DNA of 64,000 nucleotides, taken from Leptogorgia sarmentosa (lineage: Eukaryota). The stretch's first letter is position 1. Each line of letters begins with the position of its first letter. The stretch is taken from contig OZ210884.1 in assembly GCA_964658305.1 (NCBI GenBank), positions 6,882,001 to 6,946,000 on the forward strand. Reading direction: 5' to 3'. A program made the position numbers and the translations under genes. The notes under the pieces were generated by a model that saw only the letters and a program-made list of their open reading frames with translations, was not told the DNA's origin and searched no databases. Below, piece after piece: positions 62,874 to 64,000 of this stretch.

Positions 62874-64000
62874 TATATGCCAAAGAGCTTTTACCAGCTG
62901 ACATTGGTAACATTTCAAGAATGCATAGTTAAGTTCTGGGACACATGTACAATTTTGTTTATCTTATGTGATTGCCATACTCTGATCGTGAGGTGAATTA
63001 TTCACGACGACGGACGTATATCACAAAATGCATGCAGTATAACTATTATCTGACCGCATAGCTTTTCCAGACTCCCAGTGAGGTCAAGGGTTTGAAATAT
63101 AGCCGGTCTGAGTAGCCGAATAAGAGAGCCACAAATTTCAAAGGGAAGACTCGTTACTTAAAAGATAAATAAAATTAAAAATCTTGATTCATCTTTCAGA
63201 TGGTGATTAGTGGGTCATTAATATTGATCGTGAAGTATAGCAGAGGGCCTAATCTTTCCAAGCTTGCTACAATCCTAGTCAAAACATTGACGACACATAC
63301 GATTATTTCATGGGGTTTAGAGAAAAATAAAAAATGGACGTTTTATAGTCGAAAACTTCAAAAGGAACAAATTGATTAGAGTGTAGTTAATGGTTTTGGC
63401 CAGGATTGTAGCCTGCACCAGGCCCAGCCCGCACACGGAGCTCATTTACATACGGGCGGCAAGGTCGGCAAGATATACTTGCGGCCTGCCCTATAATTAT
63501 GCACACAATATTTTACCTGTTCAATTGTAGTACAAATTGAAACATACCGCATTATATAAAGTTTAGTGTTGTGCATTAGTGTATTTGATTTAGCCATTTT
63601 TATAATATGGTTTTCGAAATATCATAAAAAATAAAAACATTCATATATCAATGCATGGTACACAGTTTCTGTTCCAAATTAATGACTGTTTTCGTGTAAC
63701 AATAACATAAGAGTAATGCCAAAAACGGTCAGTTAGGTGTTAGCATCAGTAACCCTATTACAGTTGGTGACTTTGAAATATTTGTCAGGTAGTTGTGCCC
63801 GTTTTGAAACCGCGGATGTTCTCTCGCTGTTTCGGTCATAGGTTTCTGCGCGCGAAAAGTTTCAAGAATTTTTCAACGAAGAAAAGTCGTTGATCGAATC
63901 GTGAGAATAATATGCGGTTTTTTTTACAGATTTTTCTCCCGATTTTGTGAATCGCGAAGGCTGACGCGAGTACTGACGACAGCAAAGAGTATAGATCATA

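Overview
AT-rich, intron-rich animal genomic DNA; the GPCR and repeat types suggest an anthozoan cnidarian (inference only). Read by hand with GT-AG phase checks, it holds eight or nine protein-coding loci: (1) a 3-exon type II membrane glycosyltransferase fusing a DUF1647-like domain to a GT34 (GMA12/MNN10-like) domain; (2) a 3-exon secreted protein made of four Tudor-like repeats; (3) a 38-exon xanthine dehydrogenase/aldehyde oxidase family gene with aldehyde-oxidase-type substrate residues and one AT-for-GT splice donor; (4) a 14-exon DH-PH RhoGEF; (5) an intronless GPCR nested antisense in a RhoGEF intron; (6) an intronless secreted DNA/RNA non-specific endonuclease; (7) two F-box copies in a near-identical 3.2-3.5 kb tandem duplication, one with a new C-terminus created by a 294 bp deletion; (8) an 8-exon TP53I11 orthologue. 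Mobile DNA includes a Kolobok-type element with a THAP relic, many Harbinger- and Tc1-type MITEs, tRNA-derived SINE heads, a Crypton-like relic and Penelope-type hammerhead-like motifs. No CRISPR array, rRNA or intact tRNA was seen. No database searches were run, so all family calls rest on motif recognition.
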